NCBI GenBank assembly: GCA_963666285.1
Contig: OY762711.1
From: Sedimentisphaerales bacterium
Lineage (GTDB): Bacteria > Planctomycetota > Phycisphaerae > Sedimentisphaerales > SM23-30
Length of the DNA stretch: 64,000 nucleotides
Direction: 5' to 3' (one strand)
The position numbers were made by a program, and so were the translations under genes. Of this stretch, positions 19,301 to 28,528 are shown in pieces. Under the pieces are notes generated by a model. That model was not told the DNA's origin and did no database searches. It saw only the letters and a list, made by a program, of their open reading frames with translations. The stretch's first letter is position 1. Every line of letters starts with the position of its first letter.

Positions 19301-20007
19301 TATGGAGAGGAGGAGGAGATAATTTCCATCTTTCAGCAGCAGGAGACACAGATGAAGTATTCAATAATGCTTTTAATAATGCTGAGGATGAAGCACAAAA
19401 AATAGATAATTCTTCTGTTTGGGTTCCTCATTGGGAAAAAGACTATGTTAAAGAGTTCTATTATTTTCTTAATATAGGAAGTCATAAACAAATATTTGGA
19501 AAGAATCATCATCATTTAAGACTAAGTTCCTCAGGAGCCATAAGGAAGAAAGAATTTCATTTCCTGAATGATTTCTGTAAAGAACATAATGTTAAGAATA
19601 TAGTTGAGTTTGGTTCAGGAGCCTCTACTCTCTCTTTCTCTTTGGAAGGATATAATATAACTTCCTATGAGACTAGTGAATATTGGCGTGACAGAGTTAG
19701 ACTATTCCTGAGTTATGACCCTATTAAAATGTGGGATGGAAAAGCATTTAAATTAGAAGAAGATGTAGATTTAGTTTTCATAGACGGTCCAGACCCTCCT
19801 GATTCAAGGGAAGAATCATTCAAGACAGCTATAACTAGTAATGCTAAATATATAGCTGCTCACGATGTATTCAGGCATATAGAGCAAAATTTTATTGAGA
19901 AATATCTTCTTCAGAATGGTTATAAGGAGATTGCAAAGATAGGACCAACAAAAGGAGTAAAAGGACCTAATAAACTAAGAGGGATAGGGATATATGGGAA
20001 AGAATAA
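16321..20007 (+). CDS. Multidomain glycosyltransferase: GALNT(GT27)-like GT-A domain, three GT2 domains, C-terminal SAM methyltransferase
   Basis: Domain 1 LFHLDAHC and VWGNFGIEWALKTWLC. Domains 2-4 each have (V/I)T(V/L)xMxT...xSF/YxxQxY..K.L.I and a DxD motif (DSDD, DDDD, DDDD). Domain 5 IVEFGSGAST...VDLVFIDGP. Confidence 0.88.
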   Translation: MGDKEIIKINNRNPFVQKINEASNPYNKGNSIFNVRKKPYEEVKEELVSVVILSRNEEFLSQTINNMSELAEGPIEFVIVLDGDYEPEKIIDVNETLHRSHSIQFVCNKEPLGRRPSSNLGAERARGKYLFHLDAHCKTDCKAWDTLLKQSVTTPSTMVIPSLNKLIVPEYKQVGNRNGHKYISVNFKDQWSGNKGRYNLEPTITGNGMGWFLTKEYYLSCGGCDVSSPAYVWGNFGIEWALKTWLCDFGLGAGQVLLTTEVVFAHLWQKKLPYKQPGIGKDRNRLKEMYLDGKAPNQVRPFSFFEENLGHLLPKNKETPEKQPLRVLQEETEPDVTVIMNTNGLYPDLIEEAIQSFINQDYPNKYLKIVSTNKHLKLDREYEDIEIIYVEPFERFPQQIQYALKQVKTPYWCIMDSDDVFSSDHISKLVKIMLREKKNGLKSPCYVGIDGAIEHWVNKGTPKLRNRGWWSCLYDRVPDEKIDEVFNEFLNKRNKDTGSDLHFIKKDFWNKKLVQGKKTAYHRLGVAFHIRNERWKDNYYKNSLETVNNYVPPVLVPKWKKDYDKMINDFNYPRVTLIMNTFQRDMKTLQESIYSFLCQDYPNKKLLIVNSSPKRLVHRGYSPDVEVIDIKSSHHLQEFKNACKHLIENAGDNEFFSIFDDDDVLKPNHISQMVQNLQKNKFKSCINRNYVDFNIKRNSGKEVSKLMWWNGIYPVSLLETIKLGTDLEGFDKRFMEQANPVEYDGEATYIWQRGNVIHESKTNKNSHEEKLDRMKRAKEEAMNRKDDIPVYVRPYIPDPPMITVCMVTYGSHKAKTEEAIQSYINQSYKFKKLLILNTHKDPIKLETEYSDIEIIELPNKKFNSLGEKHEYLINQVDTPYWTVLDDDDIILPWHLETLASALVHNRASYDKPSHKRPLLTGHNRKIISVDNKYSYIKSGSGWTCRVFEKLSPDKVRGKLQKKIKGTSECNYDARFCSGKWHSFILNYPVLPSYVWRGGGDNFHLSAAGDTDEVFNNAFNNAEDEAQKIDNSSVWVPHWEKDYVKEFYYFLNIGSHKQIFGKNHHHLRLSSSGAIRKKEFHFLNDFCKEHNVKNIVEFGSGASTLSFSLEGYNITSYETSEYWRDRVRLFLSYDPIKMWDGKAFKLEEDVDLVFIDGPDPPDSREESFKTAITSNAKYIAAHDVFRHIEQNFIEKYLLQNGYKEIAKIGPTKGVKGPNKLRGIGIYGKE

Positions 20008-20686
20008 GAAAGTTATATACACTTCTTATTTTGGGAATAGAGGAGGAATTATAGAACCTTCTTATATATCCCCAGGATGGGACTATGTATTTTTCACTGA
20101 CAACGAATATATATATGATTTGAGTAAGAAACATCTATTAACTTGGAAGATAGAATATATTCCTACTACTACAGAAGAAACAGACTCAGAAATTAGAGCA
20201 AAGTTCTATAAAATTGTTTCTCATGCCTTTTTTCCTGAGTATGAATATTCCATATATATAGATTCTGACAAATACAAGATAGATTGTAACCTTGATAGAT
20301 TTATAGAAAATACTCTTTCTCCTGATTCTGTTTTTGCTTCTTTGAAGCATAGAAAATGCGATTGCACATATAAAGAGATTGAGAGACAGAGAAAAAGAAA
20401 AAGGGATTTTGATAAAAACTTCGATGATATAAGGGATAGATGTATAGATTCAGGACTTCCTGAGCATTGGGGATTGAATGATAATTCTATAGTTGTAAGG
20501 AAACATTGTTCAGAATTATATATAGTTATGAATAATTGGTGGTTAGAAGTTGCTAAGTATTGCAAGCGAGACCAATGTTCCTTAATGAAGGTTTTATATG
20601 AATCAGGTCTTCCATTTAATCAGTTGGAATATGAAGGATTTAAGAATTATAAAACTATGAGATATTTGAGTAGAATCTCAAAATAA
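19994..20686 (+). CDS. DUF616 (TOD1/MUCI70-like) glycosyltransferase
   Basis: KVIYTSYFG, DYVFFTD, KFYKIVSHAFFPEYEYSIYID, KHRKCDCTYKE, WWLEV...RDQCSL. Confidence 0.82.
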   Translation: MGKNKKVIYTSYFGNRGGIIEPSYISPGWDYVFFTDNEYIYDLSKKHLLTWKIEYIPTTTEETDSEIRAKFYKIVSHAFFPEYEYSIYIDSDKYKIDCNLDRFIENTLSPDSVFASLKHRKCDCTYKEIERQRKRKRDFDKNFDDIRDRCIDSGLPEHWGLNDNSIVVRKHCSELYIVMNNWWLEVAKYCKRDQCSLMKVLYESGLPFNQLEYEGFKNYKTMRYLSRISK

Positions 20687-20779
20687 AAAAAGGGATTAGA
20701 GAAAATTGAGTGAATATATATGGAGAGGAGGAGAAGGACTCTCTCTATATAGATAGATAGAACAGGGATTCATATAAAT

Positions 20780-22336
20780 ATGTTCAAGAAAATACGTTCT
20801 TTTTTTGATGGCACAAAGAAAGCTGATACAGCCACTACAAAAACAATAACAAATCAGTGGTTCCCGTCTTCCTTGATTTCAGGGAATACAACTCATGGGG
20901 AAAATGTTTCTTATGGGAATGCTTTAACAATTTCAACAGTTTTTGCTTGTGTTAATGTGATTTCACAAGATACAGCAAAGGTCCCATTTTATTCATTTCA
21001 GAAGACAGACAAAGGAAAAGAGAGACAAAATAATAAAATATCTCATTTATTGAATTTTAGACCTAATCCTTTAATGTCTTCAATGGATTTCAGACAGACA
21101 CTTACAGCACATTGTTTAACTTATGGTAATGGCTATGCAGAAATTCAGAGAGACATAAATAATGAAATAACTGCTTTATGGATTCTCCCACCTGATAAAG
21201 TTAAGCCTGTTTTTAATGAGGAAAATAAGCTCATATATGAGATTCATTCTCATGGGAGGATTTCATATTTATATCCTGAAGAAATTATTCATATAAAAGG
21301 ACTAGGTTTTGATGGTTTCCAAGGTTATTCAGTGATTGCTTATGCTTCTCAGTCTTTGGGTTCTGCCCTAGCACAAGATAAATATGCAGGTTCTTTCTTT
21401 GGAAATGGAGCCTCTATGGGTGGATTCTTAGAACATCCTGGGAATATAACAGACAAAGCTCAAAAGAATCTCTTGGAGAGTGTAGAAAGAAGACATTTAG
21501 GAGCAGATAAAGCACATAGATTGTTATTGTTGGAAGAAGGAATGAAGTTTAATCAGGCTTCAATATCGCCTGAAGATTCACAATTATTACAATCAAGACA
21601 ATTCTCTATATCTGAAATATGCAGATGGTTTAGAGTTCCACCTCATAAGGTTTCAGACTTATCTAAAGCAACATTTTCTAATATAGAACAACAATCATTA
21701 GAATATGTCTGTGATACTCTAACTGCTTGGTTTAAGAGATGGGAACAGGAATTATGGTTTAAGTTGTTTGATGATGAAGAAAAAGAACAGGGATATTATG
21801 TTGAACATGTTATAGAAGGGTTATTAAGAGGAGATATAGGAGCAAGATATTCAGCTTATGCTACTGCTAGACAATGGGGTTGGTTAAGTGTAAATGATAT
21901 AAGGGAAAAAGAAAATATGAACCATATAGAAGGAGGAGATAAATATTTAGTTCCTCTTAATATGGTTGATGCCAATACAGTTAATACAGAAGAAACAACT
22001 GAGGAAGATTTAACTGGGGAAAAGATAAACAAACTATCTTTATCTAAAGACATTGCTGAAAGAATAGGAAGAGCAGAATTAAGGGAATTAGATAAACAAA
22101 TAAATAGAGAAGATTTTAATCCTGAATTATTTTCTGAATGGATGAATAAGTTCTATTCAAAACATAATGAATATGTAATTAAGACTCTTTCAATCTTTTC
22201 AGGTGAAATAGAACCTGATAATTTTACTATGAAAAAAGATTTAGAAGAATCTGAAAATAAACAAGGATTATTCAACACAAACAAAGAAACATATATAGAT
22301 AATTTAGAGAGTATGATTTATGGATTCATTAAATAA
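20780..22336 (+). CDS. Portal protein, HK97 family
   Basis: VFACVNVISQD, RPNPLM, YGNGYAEI, EIIHIKG, ICRWFRVPPH, FSNIEQQ. Confidence 0.95.
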   Translation: MFKKIRSFFDGTKKADTATTKTITNQWFPSSLISGNTTHGENVSYGNALTISTVFACVNVISQDTAKVPFYSFQKTDKGKERQNNKISHLLNFRPNPLMSSMDFRQTLTAHCLTYGNGYAEIQRDINNEITALWILPPDKVKPVFNEENKLIYEIHSHGRISYLYPEEIIHIKGLGFDGFQGYSVIAYASQSLGSALAQDKYAGSFFGNGASMGGFLEHPGNITDKAQKNLLESVERRHLGADKAHRLLLLEEGMKFNQASISPEDSQLLQSRQFSISEICRWFRVPPHKVSDLSKATFSNIEQQSLEYVCDTLTAWFKRWEQELWFKLFDDEEKEQGYYVEHVIEGLLRGDIGARYSAYATARQWGWLSVNDIREKENMNHIEGGDKYLVPLNMVDANTVNTEETTEEDLTGEKINKLSLSKDIAERIGRAELRELDKQINREDFNPELFSEWMNKFYSKHNEYVIKTLSIFSGEIEPDNFTMKKDLEESENKQGLFNTNKETYIDNLESMIYGFIK

Positions 22337-23156
22337 AAATACAATATGGGCTTTAATGCCTGAGTTTGATTTAGTTTCATTTTTTGGACAGGATAAAGAA
22401 GCCTTAACAAAAGAAGCTAGCTCAGGTTCTTCTTATTCAAAATCTGATAAAGTGGCTATACTTCCTCTATATGGAATGATAGTTCAGAAAGAATCTTGGA
22501 TAACTAAATATGGTTTAGGAACATCTACAGAAACATTCTCAAGATGGTTAGATATGGCTTTATCTGATAATTCTATAGGGAGAATAATAATAGATGTTAA
22601 TAGTCCAGGTGGTTCAGTTTATGGGGTTCAGGAACTATCAGACAAGATAAGGAACTCAAGAGGAAAGAAACCTATTGTAGCAATTGCTAATACACTTATG
22701 GCTTCTGCTGGCTATTGGGTAGCTAGTGCAGCAGACAAGATTTATGCTTCTCCTTCTGCTGATGTTGGTTCAGTGGGTGTTTATATGACTCATGCAGACT
22801 TTTCTGAGCAATTAGAGAAAGAAGGTGTAAAAGTTACATTTATATCAGCGGGAAAATATAAAGTAGAAGGAAATGCTTATGAACCTCTTCAGGAAGAAGC
22901 TAAAGCATATTTACAAAAATCTGTAGATGATACTTATGAAAGTTTCATTTCATCAGTTGCAAAGAATAGAAATACAACTAAATCAGATGTTATTGCTAAT
23001 TATGGTCAAGGAAGAGTTCTTTCTTCTAAGGATGCAATGAAGAATGGTTTAATAGATGGTGTTAAAACATTAGAAGAAGTTCTTAATATAAAAAGAATAA
23101 ACACTTTCAGCAAAAAAAAGGCTGAAATGGATATAGAGTTAAGGAAGTTAAAGTAA
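22320..23156 (+). CDS. Prohead protease, S49 (SppA-like) family
   Basis: DVNSPGGSV, MASAGYWVASAA, VGSVGV, AGKYK. Confidence 0.92.
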   Translation: MDSLNKNTIWALMPEFDLVSFFGQDKEALTKEASSGSSYSKSDKVAILPLYGMIVQKESWITKYGLGTSTETFSRWLDMALSDNSIGRIIIDVNSPGGSVYGVQELSDKIRNSRGKKPIVAIANTLMASAGYWVASAADKIYASPSADVGSVGVYMTHADFSEQLEKEGVKVTFISAGKYKVEGNAYEPLQEEAKAYLQKSVDDTYESFISSVAKNRNTTKSDVIANYGQGRVLSSKDAMKNGLIDGVKTLEEVLNIKRINTFSKKKAEMDIELRKLK

Positions 23157-23309
23157 ATAGTTATCTTTCTTACTTTTCACTCGGTAGAGGTTAAGGAGCT
23201 AGAGAATTATGAACAGAGACTTTGTGAATAATAATAATTTTAACAATAACTCAGAGAAGATGTAGAAGAAAAAGATGTAGATTGAAATCTTTGAGGGAGG
23301 ATTTTAATC

Positions 23310-24671
23310 ATGTTATCAATTGAAAAATTGAATGAAAAGAAAGTTGAATTGCTTTCTAAAATGGAAGCTATTGTAGAAGCTTCAGAAGAGTCTCTTTCAG
23401 AAGAGTCTCAAAAAGAATTTGATACTCTTAAAGCTGAGTTTGATAGCACAGTTAAAGCTATTGAAACAGCAGAGACATTAGAAAAGGCTAAACAGGACAA
23501 AGAAGCACAGGATAAAAGACCTGTTCCTTCTAAAGAGAGAATAGTTCCTCAAGAACAGATTTCAGAAGTTAAACCTGAAACAAGTTCAAAGGTTATTCTT
23601 CCTGCAACAGTGAGAAAATCTCATTCATTAAAATCTTTTAAGGGTGAAGATGCTAATGAGAAAGCCTATTCATTCGGTCAGTTTATTAAAGCGGCTAATG
23701 GTGATTATAGAGCAGCTCAATGGTGTAGTGATAGAGGAATTGAAGTAGGTAAGTTTGCAGTTCATAACTCTACTACTAATTCTGCTGGTGGTTATCTTGT
23801 CCCTACTCAGTATTCAGACGATATAGCACAGTTGATTAATTCATATGGTGTAGCTAGACAGGAATGTAAAGTTATTTCAATGGGTTCAGATACTTTTAAT
23901 AGACCTAAAAGAAGTTCAGGTCTAACAGCCTATCCTATAGCTGAATCTGCACAGACAACAGAAAGCACTAAAAGTTATGGAAATATTCAATTAGTGGCTA
24001 AGAATTGGGGAATTATAACAAGAATGACAAGACAACTTTCAGAAGATGCTTTGATTTCTGTTGCTGATGACCTTATGAATGAAATAGCATATCAATTTGC
24101 TTACGCAGAAGATAATTGTTTGTTTAATGGTGATGGAACTTCTACTTATAATTCTATCACAGGTCTTAATTCAGCTATAACAACAGCGGCGGCTGATTCT
24201 AGTTCTAATCCTAATGTAGTTAGTAATACAGCTACTTCAGGTTCAGTAGCAATCAGTGATATAACTTCCCTAATGGGTAGTCTGAATAGATTCTCTTCTA
24301 ATGGTGCTAAGTTCTATTGTAACTCTGCTACTTATTGGAGCGAGCTAATGAAAGCGGCTTATGGAACTTCAGGAACTAATGTAGTTAATGTTGTTGAAGG
24401 CGCTAATGTTAAGTTGATGGGTAAACCTGTTGTGTTCTGTGATATCTTGGCAGATGGTGTAGTTTACTATGGAAATCTTGCTCAGGTTGCAGACTTTGGA
24501 GACAGGTCTCAATATTCTATCGATTTCTCTGATTCTGCTGTAGTTGGTGGAGAAAGTGTATTTGAAAGAAATCAAATTGCTGTTAGAGGATTTGAAAGAT
24601 TTGATATCAATGTTCACTCTTATGGACAAGATGATGAAGCTTGTCCTGTAGCATTGCTAACTATATCTTAA
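23310..24671 (+). CDS. Major capsid protein, HK97 fold with N-terminal scaffold (delta) domain
   Basis: Coiled-coil N-terminus, AGGYLVP, FNGDGT, LMGKPV, FERNQIAVRGFERFD. Confidence 0.93.
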   Translation: MLSIEKLNEKKVELLSKMEAIVEASEESLSEESQKEFDTLKAEFDSTVKAIETAETLEKAKQDKEAQDKRPVPSKERIVPQEQISEVKPETSSKVILPATVRKSHSLKSFKGEDANEKAYSFGQFIKAANGDYRAAQWCSDRGIEVGKFAVHNSTTNSAGGYLVPTQYSDDIAQLINSYGVARQECKVISMGSDTFNRPKRSSGLTAYPIAESAQTTESTKSYGNIQLVAKNWGIITRMTRQLSEDALISVADDLMNEIAYQFAYAEDNCLFNGDGTSTYNSITGLNSAITTAAADSSSNPNVVSNTATSGSVAISDITSLMGSLNRFSSNGAKFYCNSATYWSELMKAAYGTSGTNVVNVVEGANVKLMGKPVVFCDILADGVVYYGNLAQVADFGDRSQYSIDFSDSAVVGGESVFERNQIAVRGFERFDINVHSYGQDDEACPVALLTIS

Positions 24672-24763
24672 TTAACTGGGTTTACTCCCTTTTTTCCTTA
24701 AAGAGTTGGGAGCCTATGGTTCCCTTCTCTGCAAGGAATCACTAGGGACAAGGAAGGGAATAT

Positions 24764-25354
24764 ATGAATTATATAACTCATAATAACTATAAAATAACAA
24801 GCTCTCCTTCTTATGAACCTGTTACTCTTTCAGAGATGAAAGAACATTTGAGAATAACAGATTCTACTGAGGATGATTTCATAATAACACTAATTCAGGT
24901 TGCTAGAGAATATTGTGAACACTATGAGAACAGGGCTTACTGTCTTCAGACAGTTACAGCCAAATATTCAGCATTTGGAGAGAGAATAATTCTTCCTGTA
25001 AATCCTGTTATAGAAATTGAATCAATAACTTACATAGATAATTCAGGGATAACTCAAACTTTAGATAGTTCTCAATATGAGATTGACAATTATTCTTGTC
25101 CTGCTTTTGTTTATCCTGCCTATGGAATTAGTTTTCCTAATGTTAGAGATGTCCCTAATCCTATTACAATTACTTATACAGCGGGATATGATGCAGAACC
25201 TTCATTAGGAGAAGATGTTCCTGCAAGGGTTAAACATGCTATTAAGTTACTAGTTGGACATTTGTATGAACACAGGGAAGAAAACTCTGAAATGATTTTA
25301 ACTAATATTCCTTTTGGAGTTAAAAACTTATTATGTGAAAGAGTCTTTTTATAA
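24764..25354 (+). CDS. Head-tail connector (gp6-like adaptor)
   Basis: EPVTLSEMKEHLRI...VPARVKHAIKLLVGHLYEHRE. Confidence 0.9.
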   Translation: MNYITHNNYKITSSPSYEPVTLSEMKEHLRITDSTEDDFIITLIQVAREYCEHYENRAYCLQTVTAKYSAFGERIILPVNPVIEIESITYIDNSGITQTLDSSQYEIDNYSCPAFVYPAYGISFPNVRDVPNPITITYTAGYDAEPSLGEDVPARVKHAIKLLVGHLYEHREENSEMILTNIPFGVKNLLCERVFL

Positions 25355-25369
25355 GGGAAAAGGGAAATA

Positions 25370-27253
25370 ATGAAAATAGGTAAACTGAGACATTATATAG
25401 AACTTCAATCTTATAATACTACAAGAAATGTAGTTGGAGAAGTTCAAAAAGTATGGACTACTTATGCTTCTGTATGGGGACAGATTTCACCTGTTTCTTC
25501 TTCTAATTATGAGGCGGGAGAAAAAGAAAATTATGAACTGACTCATAAAATAGTTGTTAGATATAATGGAACAATCAATTATAAAGATAGAATTAAATAT
25601 AATGATGACTATTATGAAATAGTTGAAATAATCAATTATGACCATAGAAAAGTATATCAGATAATAAAAGTTAAACAGGTCTTCCCTGAAGATAATGATA
25701 CTTATGAAATAGACTATTCAGGACATTACTCAGAACTAGTTAACTATGTTGATGAGGATGAAGGATTTATATTTTTAGATTCTGATAATTGGGTTTTATA
25801 TACTAGAAATTCAACTGCTTATACAGGCTCTAACTTATTAGATTGTTTTAATTCCTCTTCTATAGAATTAGCTCAAGTTAGTTCAGGAACATCAGGAACA
25901 AGTGGAACTTCAGGTGTATCAGGTAGCAGTGGAAGCTCAGGAACATCAGGAGTAAGTGGGATTAGTGGAACATCAGGCTCAAGTGGTAGTTCAGGGACTT
26001 CAGGTATAAGCGGAGCTTCAGGTTCTTCTGGAACAAGTGGAAGCTCTGGAACCTCAGGTATCTCATCAGTTCAACCTTTTTTAGGTTCTACTAGTTCTTA
26101 TGCTCAAGGAAACATACAGACAGATTCTTCTTTCTTTGAGTATATAACTACAATAAAAATATATGATACGTTATTAAACAAAGATGGACAGAATATAGGA
26201 TTATGGTTCAATTCCATGTATTCAAATCCATATATTAAAATTGTCAATTCTGATGACCCTTCAAAGTATGGAATCTATGAAGTTTTAGGAGTTATACATG
26301 ATGGAAACTTTTATTCCTTTGATGTTTCAGTAGTTGAATCTAATAGTTTTTTTTCCAGTGGATATGATACTCTTTATGTTTCTTATGTAGGAATATCAGG
26401 AACTTCAGGGACAAGTGGATCTTCAGGAAGCTCAGGAGTTTCAGGTTCATCAGGTTCAAGTGGTAGTTCAGGAACATCAGGTAGTTCAGGAACATCAGGA
26501 GCAAGTGGAGCCTCAGGTTCTTCAGGGACTAGTGGAACCTCAGGTATTTCATCAGTTAATCCTTTTACAGGCTCTACAAGTTCATACTCTTCAGGGTTCT
26601 TGTGGGCTGATATGAGTATGTATGAATATATAACTACTATTAGAATAAGTTCTAATTTATTAAATAATAATGGACAAGATATAAGTTCATGGTTTGAAGG
26701 ATTATATTCTTATCCATATATAAAATTGACAAACAAGAATTATCCTACTGATTATGGAGTATATGAAATAACTAATATAACTTATAACTATTCTTCATAT
26801 TACTATGAATTGAGTGTTAATTATATAAAGGGTTCAGGTTATTTCTCTTCAGGAATAGATACAGTTAATTTTTCAATTTCAGGGGAAAAGGTGAATTATA
26901 TGCCAAAACTAATATATATGAGTGGAAAGACTCTTAGTGAGTCACCAACAATGACTAATATTTCAGATTCTTCTAATTGGAATGTAAATAGTTCTATTAT
27001 AAAAGCTATTAAGGTCCAAACTGATTCTACTGATTGGGACTTGGAACTATGGACCAATGATTCAGGAAGTGATACAGGTATTTATGATGAAGGAAAGATT
27101 ACAGTTGCTTCTTCTTTATCTGGGGACCAAGTTCTATTATTAGATTTACCTTATAAAGATAATGACTCTTCTAAAGAGGTCCATTTGATGTTTTATGATA
27201 ATGATTCAGGAACTACTCATTTAATTGATATATATGGGGTAGAAGGAAACTAA
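25370..27253 (+). CDS. Head closure protein (SPP1 gp16-like) fused to two (Gly-X-Ser)n tracts and a duplicated ~110-aa domain
   Basis: N-terminal MKIGKLRHYIELQ...WTTYASVWGQI...THKIVVRY; SGTSGSSG tracts near 25880-26067 and 26390-26554. Confidence 0.85.
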   Translation: MKIGKLRHYIELQSYNTTRNVVGEVQKVWTTYASVWGQISPVSSSNYEAGEKENYELTHKIVVRYNGTINYKDRIKYNDDYYEIVEIINYDHRKVYQIIKVKQVFPEDNDTYEIDYSGHYSELVNYVDEDEGFIFLDSDNWVLYTRNSTAYTGSNLLDCFNSSSIELAQVSSGTSGTSGTSGVSGSSGSSGTSGVSGISGTSGSSGSSGTSGISGASGSSGTSGSSGTSGISSVQPFLGSTSSYAQGNIQTDSSFFEYITTIKIYDTLLNKDGQNIGLWFNSMYSNPYIKIVNSDDPSKYGIYEVLGVIHDGNFYSFDVSVVESNSFFSSGYDTLYVSYVGISGTSGTSGSSGSSGVSGSSGSSGSSGTSGSSGTSGASGASGSSGTSGTSGISSVNPFTGSTSSYSSGFLWADMSMYEYITTIRISSNLLNNNGQDISSWFEGLYSYPYIKLTNKNYPTDYGVYEITNITYNYSSYYYELSVNYIKGSGYFSSGIDTVNFSISGEKVNYMPKLIYMSGKTLSESPTMTNISDSSNWNVNSSIIKAIKVQTDSTDWDLELWTNDSGSDTGIYDEGKITVASSLSGDQVLLLDLPYKDNDSSKEVHLMFYDNDSGTTHLIDIYGVEGN

Positions 27254-28528
27254 GGGGGATAAATGGCAACATTTGAATTAGGCTCATTAGGCTCTTCCTT
27301 ACTAGAGGTAAGAGAAGGGACAGGAACCTTAGAACAATTATATCAGGATTTTTATACAGCTGCTGGAAATGCTGAAACATATATGAGTAAGACAGGTTCA
27401 GACCCTTATACTTATTCTATTCATGGAAACAGGGAATTAGAATTAGAAAGTGGAGTTACACTAAACATTACTAATACAGGTGATACTCTTCAATGGGATT
27501 CAAGAACAGGAAGTGACTCTCCTGTAATAGACCACCAAAGAGGAGCAGTATTAAATATAGGAGAAGGAGTAACTATAGATTTTGATACTTCTATTACTAG
27601 AACTTGGTATTCAATTTCTTATTTTGAAGGAACAACTAATTTCCAAGGGACAAGTTCAAATCCTATTACATTAAAGAATCTGTTCTCACTTTACATATAT
27701 AATAGAGAAGGAGAACTTCACACTTGGGACTATGTAAATATAGAGGATGGGAGCTACTCTACTTATAATGGATTGTTACAGTTATATTATACTAATAATT
27801 CTCAGAATGAGAACTCATTCACTAATATCTATATATCTGAAACTATTTCTCCAACTACTTCTTCTGCAAGAGGATTAGGATTAGCTATATATGGGGATTG
27901 GTCCAAAACAACATTAAATAATATAACTATAGATGGAACTTATTATGGAGCCAAGTTTGAAGGAGCTATATGTAAACTTTCTAATTTAACTATTAAGAAT
28001 ACTTATGGAGACCCTATATATGATACTTATAATTGCGGTTGGCTTCCTAAGTGGTATTATAACCCAGACATAGCCAATGAAGATTCAATGTTTTACAATT
28101 CCTTCAATCAGCCTAAAGTTACATTTGACAATTGCACCTTCCAAGACAATAAACAATCAGGAGGAAACTATCAGTTCTATTATTCTAAAGCTAGCATAAT
28201 AAAACTTAAAGATTGCACTTTTTCTTATACATTAGGAGGAGTTTCAGGGAGAGGGATATCTAGTTATTATGGAACTAAATGTCTATTAGAAGGAACTCAG
28301 ACATATAACAATATCTCTATAGATAGATACTGGTATTATAATGGTTCTATACATTGGACAAAGACTTTAGATTTAACTGTTGAAGATGTTTCAGGGAACC
28401 CTATAGAAGGAGCCTCAATAACTATTCAACAATCTCAAGGATATGAAAGAGAAACTCTCTATTCAGATTCTAATGGAGAAGTATTAGATGTATTTGGAGA
28501 TTTACCTGTTTTTGTTGAGAAAATAGAA

